From an uncultured Candidatus Bathyarchaeia archaeon (GTDB lineage: Archaea; Thermoproteota; Bathyarchaeia; 40CM-2-53-6), in the NCBI GenBank assembly GCA_964484575.1, contig CAZAGP010000279.1:1-26333 (forward strand): a stretch of DNA of 26,333 nt, read 5' to 3'. The position numbers and the translations under genes are program-made. A model generated the notes under the pieces. That model was not told the origin of the DNA and did no database searches. It saw only the letters and a program-made list of their open reading frames with translations. Positions 25,002 to 26,333 of the stretch are shown in pieces; position 1 is the first letter of the stretch, and every line of letters starts with the position of its first letter.

Positions 25002-25029
25002 ATACGATAAACGGGAGTGTATACTCAAA

Positions 25030-26333
25030 ATGGGTTCAGTGAGCATAAACAGACGTCTTTCGACACTCTTCCTGTTCATCCTAGTCATACTCATGCTGTC
25101 TAGTCCGTTGGGACTGCTGATTCCAGCTCAGATAGTTCCACGCGCCTCAGCCATGACCGTCTCAGCTGCTCCCTCCTCCAGTTTCAGTCTGAATGAATGG
25201 AATGTACCCACGCCAGGTTCAGGTCCATGGGGCATAACCACAGACCAGCTTGGTAACATTTGGTTCACGGAAAACGTGACGAATAAGCTTGCAACCTATA
25301 ACCCTAACACCAATAATTTCACGGAATGGGGCATACCCGGCGGAGGAAGCCCACGATATGTCTTCACGAAGCAAGCACCAACGAGCATCAGCGGCGGCAG
25401 GAATGTAACCCAAGTTTATTTCACGGAATACTCCTCGAGCAAAGTTGGCTACTTCAACAGTTGGAATGGAACGTTCTATGAGTGGCAGTTGCCAGCAGGC
25501 AGCAACCCTGTTAGCGTCTTCGTTGACGATAATTACACCATCTGGTTCACGGAATCAGGTCGGGATGTTATTGGACGCCTTACGCCAGCCACGAATCAGC
25601 TGACCGAGTGGACCCTTCCCGGAGCAACGACCGCGGCGGGAACCCCGTCACTTAAACCGTGGGGAATTTTCGTCCAGTCCGCGTTAACCGGAACATACCA
25701 TAACGTAACCGATCGATACGTTTGGTTTACGGAATTGTCAAATAACGCTATTGGAAGACTCCAAATAACGAACAATCTTCTGATCCTGTGGGACCTGAGC
25801 AGTATCAACATTATTCCTGGACTTAACTATGGACCCATGGACATCACAGTAGACTCAACCAACCCAGGAAACGTCATCTTCTCCGCAAGCACGGGCGATC
25901 GAATCTCAGTACTCCAGAACTGCGGCACGACGTGTACAGGCTACACTGAATATGCTCTCCCGTCTCGAACATCAATCGCGAAACCTACGAGTGTCACCGT
26001 GGATTCGTCGCGTGGTGGAGTCTGGTTCCCGGAGTATAATACCGGGATAGTGGCTTTTGCTGACAGATCAGCGCAAGGAGAGACGGGCGCCGTTCCAACT
26101 TCTACGGCGTGTGTAATCCCACCGACCGCGGGTCCTGCATGCTCAACGCCTTCTGGATATTCAGCAAAAACAGTAACGCCAACGGTTACCAACAATGTGC
26201 AAGGTTATTCTAGTATCGGAAATCCGTTGCCCTCAGCTGCGGTTTCCGTTTACCAGGGACCAATTAATGGCGTCACAGAATACAAACTGCCAACCAACAA
26301 TTCGCTACCTAACTTTGTCACAGTCGATTATCA
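25030..26333 (+). CDS. Secreted or membrane-anchored Vgb-like (virginiamycin B lyase fold) beta-propeller repeat protein, truncated by the window end
   Basis: Manual translation from ATG 25030 is open for 434 codons to the edge: N-terminal RR plus hydrophobic stretch, then repeats of TEW.LP...P..I..D...IWFTE...K/.IG. Absent from the ORF track because no stop codon is in the window. Confidence 0.85.
   Translation, partial: MGSVSINRRLSTLFLFILVILMLSSPLGLLIPAQIVPRASAMTVSAAPSSSFSLNEWNVPTPGSGPWGITTDQLGNIWFTENVTNKLATYNPNTNNFTEWGIPGGGSPRYVFTKQAPTSISGGRNVTQVYFTEYSSSKVGYFNSWNGTFYEWQLPAGSNPVSVFVDDNYTIWFTESGRDVIGRLTPATNQLTEWTLPGATTAAGTPSLKPWGIFVQSALTGTYHNVTDRYVWFTELSNNAIGRLQITNNLLILWDLSSINIIPGLNYGPMDITVDSTNPGNVIFSASTGDRISVLQNCGTTCTGYTEYALPSRTSIAKPTSVTVDSSRGGVWFPEYNTGIVAFADRSAQGETGAVPTSTACVIPPTAGPACSTPSGYSAKTVTPTVTNNVQGYSSIGNPLPSAAVSVYQGPINGVTEYKLPTNNSLPNFVTVDY

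Noticed and set aside
1-26333. tRNA, rRNA, CRISPR array, IS element, programmed frameshift or stop-codon recoding
   Set aside because: No T-arm or cloverleaf signature in intergenic gaps, no regularly spaced repeats, no transposase, and all recognised genes read through without interruption. Checked by eye only; tRNAscan-SE, Infernal and a repeat finder would be decisive.

Overview
Archaeal genomic DNA, probably Bathyarchaeia or another TACK-like lineage. This is inferred from gene content (EF-1beta next to a Zn-ribbon gene, Cdc48, FEN1, Trm5, DUF371), TATA-like promoters and many TTG/GTG starts; no database search was run. The left 10.7 kb holds an apparent nitrogen-heterocycle (purine/ureide) catabolic island: the 5' end of a xanthine-dehydrogenase-family 2Fe-2S subunit (missed by the ORF track), a Mer-like LLM oxidoreductase, a TIM-barrel isomerase-like gene, two regulators, adenine deaminase, a metal-dependent amidohydrolase, carbamate kinase, an RDD membrane protein and two carbamoyltransferase-fold paralogs. 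Neither paralog has ornithine-, putrescine- or aspartate-type substrate motifs. The middle carries thioredoxin reductase, an unannotated 38-aa CxxC/CxxC zinc-finger microprotein and a membrane Fe-S/CCG (FadF/HdrF-like) oxidoreductase with EtfBA. The right half is mostly housekeeping (GGR, cdc48, ef1b, fen, pcm, trm5) and ends in a truncated secreted Vgb-like beta-propeller gene absent from the ORF track. No rRNA, tRNA, CRISPR array or transposase was seen. The best candidate for an undescribed system is an archaeal purine/ureide degradation route that uses two atypical carbamoyltransferases plus carbamate kinase to make ATP, possibly with an F420-dependent reductive step.
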